Assembly: GCA_014905635.1 (NCBI GenBank)
Contig: JABVCE010000018.1
Location: 124,001 to 188,000 of the forward strand
Reading direction: 5' to 3'
Length of the DNA: 64,000 nt
Source: Scenedesmus sp. PABB004
Lineage: Eukaryota
A program made the position numbers and the translations under genes. Of the stretch, positions 13,502 to 25,272 are shown piece by piece. Within the stretch, counting starts at the first letter, position 1, and each line of letters begins with the position of its first letter. The notes below the pieces were generated by a model, which made no database searches, had not been told where the DNA came from, and saw only the letters and a program-made list of their open reading frames with translations.

Positions 13502-14480
13502 ATGCTGCTGCTCCGCTCGCGCGCCGCCGCTGCCGGGGCGCTTGCCGCGCCCGTGCGCGCCCACGCGCCGCGAGCCCGCTCCCAAGCCGCGCATGGACCC
13601 GCAATCAGCCAGAATCCGGCCCCGCGGCGGCGCCACGTCGCCGCTGGCGCCGCGGCGGAGCCGAGCAGCGGCGGGCCGAGCAGCAGCGACGGGCCTGCGC
13701 CGTGGGCCGCGCCGGGCTACCTCAACGCCGTGGTCAGCCGGATGCCAGAGGCCCAGCAGGCGGCGGCGTTCGCGGCAATCGCCGCCGCCATCGCGGCCGG
13801 GACGGTGCTGAACGCCGCGGCCCTCGGACCGGCGGCGTCTTCGGTGCTCCCGGGCTTCCTGCAGGTCACGCGCACCAGCTGGTTCCCGCTGGGACCCATC
13901 TTTATCGCCGCCGGCGTCGCGCACTTCACCGAGGAGCAGGGATTCGTCAACATGTGAGTGCACCGCCGCGCCGCGCTGCGCGCGGGTGCCGCGGCCGCCG
14001 GCAGACCCGCGCCGCGTCGTCGGCCGCGCCGCGCGCCGCAGGTACCCTCACCAAGGCGCGTGGGGCATCTGGCGGCTGCCGGGCAGCGCCCGCTTCCACG
14101 TTCAGTGGACCGGTGCGCGCGCGGGGGTGCGCGGTGGCGCGCAGGCGGCAGCTGCGGCGGCGGCGGCACGGCGGCCTGCGCACTCGAGCTCACCACGGCG
14201 CCCCGCGCGCGCGCGTGCAGGCGTGGCCGAGATCGCCGGCGGCCTGGGCCTCTGCCTCGGCGCGCTGCCGCTCGACGCCGTGCCGGACTGGCTGTCGCCG
14301 GCGAGCGCGCTGGGGCTTTTCTTCCTCACCATTGCCGTCACGCCTTCTAACATCTACATGTGCGCCGCGCCGCGCCCGCGCCGCGGGCAGCACGGGCCGT
14401 CGTCGGGGCGCGCCGCGCGGCGCGCGGCGCGATGCGCCGATCAGCCGTGATGCCAGCGCGCGCGCGCCTGGCCCGCCGCA

Positions 14481-14528
<48 letters not shown>

Positions 14529-14672
14529 CTTCTCAGGTACACCCACAACGCGCCTGGCCCGCTGCCGGCGGAGGTCGCGCCCGGCGCGCTGCCGTGGCAG
14601 GGCCACGCGGCGCGGGGCGTCATGCAAATGCTCTTGCTCAGCGCGCTCTGGGGCATCGCGACTGCGGCCTGA
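13502..14672 (+). CDS. DoxX-like membrane protein, probably plastid-targeted (4 exons)
   Basis: Arg/Ala-rich N-terminus, then LGPIFIAAGVAHF..F..MYP, FHVQWTGVAEIAGGLGL and LFFLTIAVTPSNIYMYTH, which are typical DoxX-family motifs. Confidence 0.75.
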
Positions 14673-15038
14673 ACTTGCTGAGCGGCCCTGTGCGCGTTGC
14701 GCTGGGCGTAAAACCGGGCTGGGGAGCAAGCAGCGCTGGTGCTGGGGCTGTAGGCGCGGCACGGCCGCCGCATGGCGGCCGCGGGTGACGCCGCCGGACG
14801 AGCCGGTTACTCGACGCCCGCCCAACTCAGGCAGGCGGTCAAGCCGGTGGCGCCGCCCTGCCCCGCTGTACACCCTGCACAGCCGCACGCGCCCGCCCGC
14901 CCGCTGCCTACCCGACCCGCGAGTCACTCCCGGCGCCGCAGCCCCGCCCGCCCGCCGCCCCCCTGCCCCACCAGTGCGCCCGCCCGCCCGCCCCGCGCCC
15001 CGCCGCGGCCCGCCGCCGCCGCCGCCGCGCGCGCCGCG

Positions 15039-17077
15039 TCACGTGAAGAAGAACTGCTTGACGTCGGCCGCGCCAAACGGGTGCCCGCAGCCGGGGCACT
15101 TGCGGTGCCGCGCCTCGAGGTTTTTGTTGATGCAGTGCTTGCAAAACATGTGCCAGCACTTGGTGAGGATGACGTCCTTCTGGCGCGTGTGGCAGACGTT
15201 GCACTTGAGCAGGCGGCGCAGCGCGTTGATCTCCTCCTCAAGCTCCGCGACCGCCTCGCTCGTGTTGGCGTTGCGCGAGAGGCGCTCGAGCTTGGCGCTC
15301 AGCAGCTGCGGCGCGGCGCGGCGCGGCGCGTGGGCGCGGCGTGGGCCGCGCGGCGGCCGCGGCGCCGCTGCCCCCCTGCAGAGGTCCCGCGGCGGCGCCG
15401 GCGCCGCGGACACGCACCTTGTTGGAGTCCTGCAGGCGCTGCCGCTTTGCGCGCTCCTCGCCCAGCGCGGCCGCGTCGTCCTCGGCGGCGCGCGCGCGCA
15501 GCGCGCCCGCCGCGCGCTCCTGCTGCAGCAGCACGTCCACTGCGGCCTTGCCCTCCTCGCGCGCCTTGAGGTCCGCCCGCAGCCGCTCTATGCTCGCGCC
15601 CGCCGCCAGCAGCTGCTCGCGCGCCTGCCGCGGCGAGCGGCGCGGCGAGCGGCGCGGTGGGCGGGCGGGGCGGCGAGCGGGGCGCGCCCCGCCCGGTGGC
15701 GCGCGGGCAGCACGGCTGCTCACCGCCGCGAGCTCCGCGCTGACGCGCGCACAGTCGGCCTCCGTCGCCTCCTTGAGCGCCGCAAGCTGGCCGACCTCGC
15801 CCCGCAGCGTCGTCACCTCGACGCGCGCCGCGGAGAGCTGCGGGCGCAGGTGGCGGCGGCGGCGGCGGCAGCGTCAAGCGCACGCCGCAGCGGCCGCGTG
15901 GCCGGCGGGGCGGCCAGCGGCGGCGCGGGAGCGCACCTGCTCGCTGAGCTGCGCGATCTGGTGCTGCAGGTCGAGCCGCTCCGCCTGCAGCCCCGCGAGA
16001 GACGCGTCGCGCGCTGTGAGCTCGCCGAGCAGCGCCGTGTTCTGCTGGCGCTGCTCCTCGTAGGCGTTGTACGCCTCGCTGATCTCTGCGGGCAGCGCCA
16101 ACGCAGCAGGGGCCGGCGCGGCGCGGGGAGGGGGTCGGCAGCGCACGCGGGCGCGGGCGGCCGCGGCCGCAGCGCGGAGCCGGCGCGGGGTCGGCCCGTC
16201 GCTGCGCTGCCGGCGGCGGGGCGGGCGCGGCGCGCACCCGCGGCAAAGGCCTCGGCCTCCTGCTGCTTGCGCGCGACCTCGCCCTGCAGCGCCGCGACCT
16301 GCTCCGTCAGCGCATCGGCGCGGGCCTGCAGCTCCGCTGCCGCGGAGGCCGAGCGCTCGACCTCCTGCCGCAGCGCCGCCTCGCTCGCCGTCGCCGCCTC
16401 GAGCTGCTGCCTGAGGCCGTCGCCGTTGAGCTTGGCCGACAGCTCCGCCACGCGCGCCTTGAGCTCCGCCTCGCTGCGCCGCACCTCGACGACGCCGCGC
16501 GTGTCGGTCGTGAGCGTGGTCAGCACCTGGCGGGCGGCGGGCGGGCGTGGAGGCGCGTGGGCGCGCGGCAGCGCCAGCGTGGCCGCAGTGCGGGCGCGGC
16601 GGGCGCGCCAGTGGTGGCGACCGAGCTGGCCGCGCCGCCGCACCTCGACAAACGCCGAGAGGTCGGCGACGCGCTCCCGCAGCTCCTCCTCCTGCCCGTT
16701 CGGCGCCTCGCCCGCGCGCGCGGCGAGGCGCTCCTCCAGCGCGCGCACGTGGCCCTGCGCCGCGGCGAGCGCGGTGCGCGCCTCCAGCGCCTCCTGGCGC
16801 GCCACGTCCGCCGCGCCGGACGCCTCCTGCGGGGCAGCAGCCGGCGGGCGCGCGGCGGTCGGCGGCAGCGGCGGGGCGGCGAGAGGGTGCCGGCGGCCGC
16901 CGCCGGCGGCGGCCATGCGTGTGCGCGTGTGCGCCGCGCCGCACGCACCGCCGCCTTGCGTGCGTGCCCTGTGTGCGTGGCCACCTCCTTCTGCAGCGCA
17001 GACACCATGGCCGTCAGCTCGGCGGCCGTCTTGGCGTGGCCGTAGCGCATCAGCTCCTGCGCGTGCGCCGCCTGCGC

Positions 17078-17117
<40 letters not shown>

Positions 17118-18914
17118 AGACGGTGGGCGGCGCGCGCGCGCGCGGCGGGCGGGCCCCGGGCCGCGGCGTGGCGAGCAAGCGCGGGCGGCCCGCCGCCGCC
17201 GGCGCCGCCGCGGGGCGCGCCCCGCGCACCTGCAGCTGCTGGCGCTGCGTGAGCAGGTCCATCTGCTTGGCGTTGAGCTCGTCCACCTGCTGCTGCAGGT
17301 GCACCAGCTTCGAGCGCAGCACCTTCTCGACCTGCGGCGGCGGCGTGAGCGGCGAGCCCCGCCGCGGCGGTGTGAGCGGCGAGCCCCGCCGCGGCTGCGG
17401 CGCTGCGCGCGCCGCGCGTTCGCCGCGCCGCGCCGCGCGTCGCGCGCGCCCCGCACCTCCTCCTTGGCCGCCTTGGCGTCAAACATGCGCAGCAGCTCGT
17501 CCTTGTCGTGCTGCAGCGCCGCGAGCGCCTTGCCGCGCGCGTCGTACGCGGCCGCCGCGTCGGCGAGCTGCTGCTGCGCGAGGCGGTACAGCGCCGACTG
17601 CGCAACGTGGCCCTCGTCCAGCAGCCGCGCGCGCGCCTCCACCAGCTCCCTGCGGCGGCGCGCGGACGCGGCGCGCGGACGCGGCGCGCGGACGCGGCGC
17701 GCGGTGGGCGGGCCGCGGGCGGCGGCGCGCTGGGCGGCCGCGGGCGCGCGCCCGCGCACGCCGCCGGCCGCGCACCGCTGCGTTTTGCTGTGCGCCGCCG
17801 CCTCTGCGTCCTTGTCGGCGCTGCGCTGCTCCAGCAGGCCCTGCAGGTCCTTGAGCTGCGCCTGCAGCTCAGCCACCTCCGCCGCCGCGTCCGGCGCGCC
17901 CTCCGCGGCGCCCGCCGCGTCGGGCAGCGCGCCGCTGCTCGGCGCCGACGCCAGGCCCAGCGGCGGCGGCGGCGGCGCGCCGCCGTTGCTGCCCCCGCCG
18001 CCGTCGCAGGCGCCGCTGCCCGGCGGGCCGCTGCCGCTGCCGCCGCCAGCACCGCCGCCGCTCGCGGTGGCGCCGCCCGACGGCGCCGCGGCGGCCTGCT
18101 GCTGCTGCTGCTGCTTCGCGCACTGCAGCTTGCGCTGTGCCGCCTGCAGCGCGTACTCCTTGTCGGCGAGGTCGTTCTTGATCGACTTGAGGTTCTCCTC
18201 CGCCGCAAAGGCCCGGTCCTCGGCCTGCGCGAGCTGCGCCGCGGTCGCGCGCTGCAGCGCCGCCGCGGCGTCGAGCTGGCCGCGCAGGCGCGCCGCCTCG
18301 TCGGCCAGCGCCGCGTTGGCGGCCGACAGCGCGGCGTCGGGCGCGGCGCCGCGCAGCGCCGCGGCGCGCGCGTCCGCGTCGGCCGCCGCGACGCGCAGCG
18401 CGTCGAGCAGCCGCCCGAGCGCCGCCTGCGTGGCCGCCGCGCGCGCGTGGAGCGCGGCCTCGACGTCGCTCAGCTCGCCAGCGTAGCCCGCGACCGCCTT
18501 CTTCACCGCCTTGCCCACCGCGGGCGCCGGCTGGCCCGCCAGCAGGCGCTCCAGGAAGGGGTCGGCGCCCTCCCAGCCCGCGGCGGCGCTGGGCGGCGGC
18601 GCGGCGCCGTCGGCGGCGGCCGCCGCCGCCGCTGCTGCGTCGCCGGCGGGCGGCCCGCCGGCGCCGCCGGGGCCGGCCGCGCCCGCGCGCTCGAGCAGGA
18701 GGGCCACATCGGCGTTAAGCTGCTCCCAGGCGCGGTTGACGCAGAGCAGGGTGTCCGCGTAGGCCTTGCGCTGCTCTTCGTGCTTGGTCACGCTGCCGTC
18801 CAGCGCCGCGATCTGCTCCTTGAGCGCCGCGAGCTGCTCGCTGAGCTTGGTGTTCTGGAACTGCAGCACCTGGACCTGCTGCGCCTGAGCCTTCTCCACC
18901 AGCACTTTGGCCAT
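15039..18914 (-). CDS. BRE1: BRE1/HUB-type histone H2B monoubiquitination E3 ligase, multi-exon
   Basis: N-terminal VLQFQNTKLSEQL..TLLCVNRAWEQL, then a long coiled coil, then a C-terminal C3HC4 RING: LKCNVCHTRQKDVILTKCWHMFCKHCINKNLEARHRKCPGCGHPFG. Confidence 0.92.
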
Positions 18915-19497
18915 GGCGGGCGGCGCCCTCAGGGCCGCATCCCAGCGCGGGGAGTGCGGCCAGGGGCCCCAGGACACGACCTGGGTGTGGCGCCGCCGAC
19001 GCCGCGCCGCCGGCTGCGCAGGCCCGCGGCGGCGCGCGCGCTGCTCTTCGCGCTTCAGCGCGGCGCCACGGCGCGCCGAGGCCTGGCCAGGGCTCGGGCC
19101 GCGCCGCACACACCGCGGCACGCAGCAGCGCCGATCACCACGCTACGCTGCAAGCCGCGCGGGCGCGCCCCGCACGCGCCGCCGCCGCGCCGCGCACGCC
19201 GCCGCGCGGCTCTCCGTCGAGGCGAGGAAGACGTTGGCGCGCTCCCTTCAGCGCCAGCGGCGGAACCGTGCCTCCCCCAACGCGCCAGCCCCGGCACCGC
19301 GGCAGCAGCGGCCTCGATCCCGCTCGCCCCGCGCCAGCCACGCCGCTGCCGGCCCCTCCCGCCCGCCCGAGGCGGTAGACGTTCGCCAGCGCTGATCTGC
19401 GCGCCCTCGCGGCCGCATCTGGCTCCGCGCGGGCCCCCGCCGGCGCCGCCGCTGCTGTCACAGCTCCCGCGCCGGCGCCGCGCCTCCCGCTGCCGCG

Positions 19498-20842
19498 ATG
19501 GCGCAAGACCTCAAGCGCGTGTACTACCACATCATCGATGACGTCGTGGCGGAGATGAAGGAGCCCTTTTCGCGCAACGACGTCGACGAGTGAGCGCACG
19601 CGCGCCACGGGCGCCGCGGCGCGCGCCGCGGCCACTGCCGCAGCGCGCGCCCCGACCGCGCGCCCCCGCCCGCGGCCGCGCCGCAGGTCGGTGCTGCTGG
19701 CCATCCGCACCAAGTGGGCGCAGAAGCTCACGGAGCGGGGCGTCATCAGCGAGGAAAAGGAGGAGGCCAGGAAGTGAGCGCGCGCCGGCGCAGCCGCCGC
19801 TGGCCCCGCGGCGCCGCTGCGGCCCGGCAGGACGCGCGCGACGCCCGCCCGCCCGCCGCCGCCGCCGGCGCCTCCGCCGCCGCGCACAGGGACGAGGACG
19901 CCTCGCGCAAGCGCCCGCACGACGGCTCCGGCCCGTCCGGCCCCCTGGTCAAGCAGGAGCCTGGCGGCATGAGCGCCGGCGGGCCTGGCGGCGCGGCGCT
20001 GCAGCCGCGGCTCGGCGCGCCGCCCGGCGCCGCGCGCGGCGGACCCGGGCTGGCGCCGGGCATGCTGCAGCTGCCGCACGTGCAGGCGCAGCTCGCGGCG
20101 CAGGCGGCGGCGGCGCGCGGCGCGCTGCAGGCGCAGCAGGCCGCGCGCGGCATGGCGCCGCACGCGCGGCCGGGCGCGCCGGGCATGCTGGCCCTGCCCG
20201 GCGGCCTGGGCCAGCCGGCGCAGCCGCACGCACAGGCGCACGCGCAGCATGCGCAGCTGCTGCAGCAGCTCGCGGCGGCGAGCCACCGCGTGCCGGGCAT
20301 GGCGGGGATGCCGCAGCAGCAGCAGCAGCAGCAGGCCGCCGCGGCGCTGCAGATGCGCGCGCTGCAGCAGGCGCAGGCGGCGCAGGCAGCGCAGGCGCAG
20401 CAGGCGATGCAGCAGCAGCAGCTTGCGGCGCTGCTGCAGGCGCAGCAGCAGGCGGCACTCGCGCAGCAGCGGGCCGTGGCGCAGCAGGCGGCGGCCGCCG
20501 CCGCCGCGCAGCAGGCGGCCGTGGCGGCGCAGCAGCAGCGGCAGCAGGCGCCGGGCGCGCCGGGGGCGCAGCCGCCGTTCAACATTCCCCAGGCCGACGG
20601 CAGCGCCGACGCCCTGCCGCGCCACATCGTCGAGGCCGCCGGCGCGGCGGGCATCAGCGCGGCGCGCCTCGGCGCCCTGCTGCCGCCCGGCACGGCGGGC
20701 GCGCTCGCCGCGGCGCACGCGCGCGCGCAGCGGCGCCTCCGCGCCGGCGCCGCGGCGGCGGCGGCGACGGCGCGTGGCGGCGGGGCGGGCGCGCCGCCGC
20801 GCCGCGTCCGGCGCGGCGGGAGCATCCCCCAGGTTGACGGCA

Positions 20843-20873
<31 letters not shown>

Positions 20874-21492
20874 CCTGGAGGAGGACGAGGGTGGGCCCGC
20901 GGCGCGGGGACTGCTGCGCGGCGGCGACGGGCCGCCGGGCCGCCCGGGGGCTGCGCAGTGCGCCGCCCACGCGCGCCCGCGCGGCGGGCGCGCGCCGCGC
21001 AGGCGAGGAGGAGGAGGCCGGCGGCGGCGCGTCGGGCGCGGGCGACGAGGAGGAGGGCGGCGGCTACGGCGGCGGCGACGACGACGAGCACGACGCCGAC
21101 ATCGACGCGCTCGACCGCGACCTCGACGCACAGGCCCGCGCGCCGCACCGCATGCGCGCACGCGCCGCACGCACGCACGCGCCGCACGCGCGCACGCATG
21201 CACGGCGCTCTGCACACGCGCGTGCCGGGGACGGGCCGCCGCGCCGCGCCCACGCCCCGCCCCACACCCCGCGCCGCGCCCACGCTCCCCGTGCGCCGCC
21301 CGCCGCGCTCGCGCCCCGTCCGCCTCGCAGGAGGAGGCTGACAAGGAGGACATCCCCAACGTCGGCTTTGCGCTGTACGAGAAGGTGCACCGCTCCAAGA
21401 ACCGCTGGCGCTGCAACCTGCGCTTCGGCGTGTTCTTCATCAACGGCCGCGAGTACATGTTCAACAAGGGCTCCACAGACCTCACCTTCTGA
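19498..21492 (+). CDS. GTF2A1: Transcription initiation factor TFIIA large subunit (alpha/beta), multi-exon
   Basis: N-terminal VYYHIIDDVV..DESVLLAIRTKWAQKL, a Gln-rich spacer, IPQVDG plus an acidic tract, and C-terminal YEKVHRSKNRWRCNLRFGVFFINGREYMFNK..DLTF. Confidence 0.92.
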
Positions 21493-22029
21493 GGCGTGCT
21501 GCGCGAGCGGGGGCAACGTGTGTTCGCGCGGCCGGCTCCTCGCGCCGCTTCGCCTGCGGAGGCTGGCGGGGAGGTGTGGCGCGGCGCGGGGCGGCGGCGG
21601 CGGGCGGCGCGGGTGCGCGGGGGTCGACGGCGGCGGCGGGACTGCGTCGGTGTGTGCGTGCGCGGCGACGGGGGTGGGGGCAGTTGGCGCCCCGCGCGCG
21701 GGTGCGTGTGCAACAAAAAGCGTTGTCGGCGGCCGCCACGCCGCGGGGCGCGCGCGCGCGCAGCTCGCGGCCGGCGGCGGCGCGGTCAGGTGCAGCCTGC
21801 AGCTCGACCTGCTGCAGCTCGCCGGCGTCACACACGCTGCAACGGCCTTCCCCAGCTGGGCCCAGGGCCTAACGCCCCTGCTGCTGCCGCACCCGTCGCA
21901 CCGACACCGTCCCGCACGCCCGCCCTTTGCCCAGAAGTTTCGATCGCGCCGAACGTCACGCACGGCCGCGCGCCGCAGCAGCAGCGAGGCGCAGCGCTCC
22001 GCCAGGCGGCCCGAATGCACGGCGTGGCC

Positions 22030-23745
22030 ATGCAGCAGCGGGCGGGCGCCCTGGGGCCCCGGGCGCGGGTGAGGCGGTCCGCGTGGTCCTGGCAACGTCC
22101 ACGCGCCGGCGCTGAGTCCGCAGGCCCACCGCTGCGCCGGCAGCGCTGCCGCAGCAGCAGCGGCAGCAGCGCGCCGCCGCCGACCCGTGTCCGCCGCCCG
22201 CCGCGCGCGCGCCGCAGGCCGCCGCGCCGGTCGTCCGCCGGCCGGCGGCGCGCGGCCGGGCGGCCGCCGTGCGCGTCGCGGCGGTCGCCGACGCCGCGTC
22301 GCCGCGTAGCTCCGCCGCGCCGCGCTTCGTGCAGCACAAGGCGGAGGCCTACTGGTTCTACCGCTTCCTCTCCATCGTGTACGACCACATCGTCAACCCG
22401 GGTGCGGCGGCGCGGCGGGCCGCGAGGCCGAGGGCGCGGCGCTGCGACGCGCGCAACCGCTGCAACCGCCTCGGCCGCCGTCGCTGCGCCCGCCGCGGCC
22501 GCCGCCGCGCAGGACACTGGACGGAGGACATGCGCACGGACGCGCTGCAGCCGGCCAAGCTCGACAGCCCAGACCTCAAGGCGCGGCGCGGGCGGGGGCG
22601 GGCGGGCGGGGCGTGCAGCCGCGCGCCCGCGCGCGGGGGGCCGATCGCCGCGTCCGCCGCCGCGCGCCCCGCCGCGCCGCGCAGGTCGTGGACGTCGGCG
22701 GCGGCACGGGCTTCTGCACGCTCGGCATCGTGCAGACGGTGGACGGCAAGAACGTGACGCTGCTGGACCAGAGCCCGCACCAGCTGGCCAAGGCCAAGGC
22801 CAAGCCAGCGCTGCGCGACGTCACGATCGTGGAGGTGCGGCGGCGGCGCCGGCGGCGGCAGTGCCCGCGCGGCCGCGACCAGCGCTGCGCTCGGGGCCCG
22901 CCGGCCCCGCGGGGCCGCCGGCGCGCCGACGCCGGCGCCGCCGCCCGCCGCGGGGCCTCACCTCGCCTCGCCCGCCGTTGCGCCGCAGGGCGACGCGGAG
23001 GACCTGCCGTTTGCGACGGACTCGTTTGACCGCTACGTCTCGGCGGGCAGCATCGAGTACTGGCCGGAGCCGCAGCGCGGCATCGCGGAGGCGTACCGCG
23101 TCATCAAGCCCGGCGGCACGGCGTGCCTCATCGGCCCGGTGCACCCGACGCACCCCGTGTCGCGGTGCGCGCGCGCCGCCGCCGCCGCCGCCGCGCGCCC
23201 GCCCACGCTCGGCGCGCTTGCCGGCGCCCCCGCGCGCGCGCGCCCGCCCTCGCCCACGCGCCCCGGCCCCGCTCCTGCTCCCGCCTCCTTCCACCGACCA
23301 GCTTCTTTGCTGACGCGTGGATGCTGTTCCCGACCGAGGACGAGTACATCGAGTGGTTCACCAAGGCCGGCTTCACCGACGTGGCCATCAAGCGCATCGG
23401 GCCGTCCTGGTACCGCGGCGTGCGGCGGCATGGCCTCATCATGGGCTGCTCGGTCACGGGCGTCAAGCCAAAGGTGCGGCGGCGGCGCGGGCGCGCGCGG
23501 CGCGGGCGCGCGCGGCGAGCGCGGCCGCCGAGCAGGCGCGCGCCGCACGCGCCGCGCGCCCGCAGGCGGGCCCCTCGCCGCTGGCGCTCGGCCCCAAGGC
23601 GGAGGAGCGCGGCGCGGTCAAGGGCAACCCGCTCAGCTTCCTGCTGCGCCTGATCCTCGGGACCGCTGCTGGCTTTTATTACTTCCTGGTGCCCATCTAC
23701 ATGTACCTCAAGCACCTGGTCTGGCCCAAGGACAAGCCGATGTGA
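22030..23745 (+). CDS. VTE3: Plant-type MPBQ/MSBQ methyltransferase (tocopherol/plastoquinone synthesis), plastid, 7 exons
   Basis: PRFVQHKAEAYWFYRFLSIVYDHIVNPGHWTEDMR, VVDVGGGTGF, GDAEDLPF..FDRYVSAGSIEYWPEPQRGI, WYRGVRRHGLIMGCSVTG and a C-terminal TM segment. An alternative in-frame ATG lies at 22015. Confidence 0.96.
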
Positions 23746-24167
23746 GCCGGAGCGGAGCGGCGCGGGTCGCGCAGAGCGAGCGGCGGGCAGGCGCGGCGGG
23801 CGGCCGGCGGCGGCGCGCGCCGGCCGAATAAGCAGCCGCGGCGCGCGGGCGGCTGCGCGCGGGCGGCGGGCGGAGCGCGCCATGCACCGGACAGCTGCAT
23901 GCACCCCGCACACCTGCTGGGGAGGCGCTGGGCGCGGGGGCTGCTGCCGGCGGAGAGTTGTGTGACGTCGGGCGCCGAGCGCGGTTGCCGGGCGGCGCCC
24001 CCCGTCCCGCCAATCGCGCACGCTCGTCGCGCCGCCGCCAGCCTGCCTGCGCCGCCACCCGCCCACACAGCTCCACACAGCTCCCCACGACCTAACCCCC
24101 GCCGCCGCCTGCAGCCTCCCCCGGGATCACGAGCAGCGCCCCGGCCGCCGCGCAGCGCGGCGGCGGC

Positions 24168-24967
24168 TCAGGGCCGGGTGGTCACCGCGCCCGGCGGGCG
24201 GGCGGCCGCGCCGCCGAGCGCCGCGCGGGGCAGGGCGCTGAAGAAGCCGGGCCCCGGCAGGCCCGCGAGCACGGGCGGCGGCAGGAGGCCGAGGTATGCT
24301 GGCACCGCGCCGGCGATGCTGCCAGCGGCGCCCGCGACGTTGGCGAGCAGGTCTGCGAGCTGCAGCAGGCTGCTGAGCGCGCCGCCGGCCGCGAGCTGCA
24401 CGTTCTTCTGCTTGACCGGCGTCTCGACGTCGACCGGGCTCGACACGTCCACGGGCGTGGACGTCGCGAGCGTGATGCCGCCCGTGGTGGTCGTCGGCAG
24501 GGCCGCGGTCTGCGGCGCGGGGAGCACGATGACCGGGGCGGGCGCGGCCGCGGGCGCGGGCGCCTCGTGCTTGGATGCCAGCGCGGCGACGAGCTCGGCC
24601 GCCTTGGAGCCGAGGTCGCCCGACTGCGCGGTGACGGCTGGCGGCGCGGTGGCGCCCGGCGGCGGGCCGGAGAAAGCGCTGCGCGCGGCGGGCGGGGGGC
24701 TGGTGAGCGCGCCGCCGGTGCGCGCGCGCGGCGCGGGCGCTGGGAAGCGCGGTCGCCTGCGAGCCCGCACTTGACGAACACCGGCGTGCTGGTGGAGATG
24801 GACGAGCCCGGCGCCGGCGGCGCGGCGGCGCCGGCGCCCGCCGCGGGCGCCGCGAGCTGCGCGAGCGCGCGCCCCGCGTCTGCGTGGGGGGCGAGCTGCG
24901 CGGCGAGCAGCAGCAGCGCCAGCGCTGCGGTCGCTGCTGCGGCGCGGGGGCGGGCGGTGGCGGCCAT
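24168..24967 (-). CDS. Secreted Pro/Ala/Thr-rich hypothetical protein (2 exons)
   Basis: Signal-peptide-like ATAALALLLLAAQLAPHADA followed by GRALAQ. One phase-consistent GT-AG intron. Contains repeated (T/S)PVxV units. Confidence 0.6.
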
Positions 24968-25272
24968 CTCGGGCGGTGCCTGGCTGTCGCGGGAGGCGAC
25001 GCGGGATGCGGGTGCCGTGGGACGCATAAGGTACTACAACGGGGTCACAGGCGCGCCGCGTGCCGCTTTTGAGGGAGCGCCGGGGCTGCGCGGGTCGCAC
25101 GAAACCGCACAGCGGCGGCAGGTCCAAGAGCGGCCCCCCAGCCGGGCTCTGGCCGGCCCGCGGGTTTAGTTAACTCGAGCGCGGCCTGAAAAAGCCACCC
25201 GAGGGCGCGCGGGGGCGGGCAGGGCGCGGGCGCGGCGGTGGCGCTCGGCCAAAGGCGGGCGGCGTTGCACGC

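Noticed and set aside
13363..18486. 1707-aa plus-strand ORF and many other very long Arg/Ala/Pro/Gly-rich ORFs
   Set aside because: Stop codons are rare at this GC level. These ORFs are antisense or off-frame shadows of real spliced genes (here BRE1 on the minus strand).
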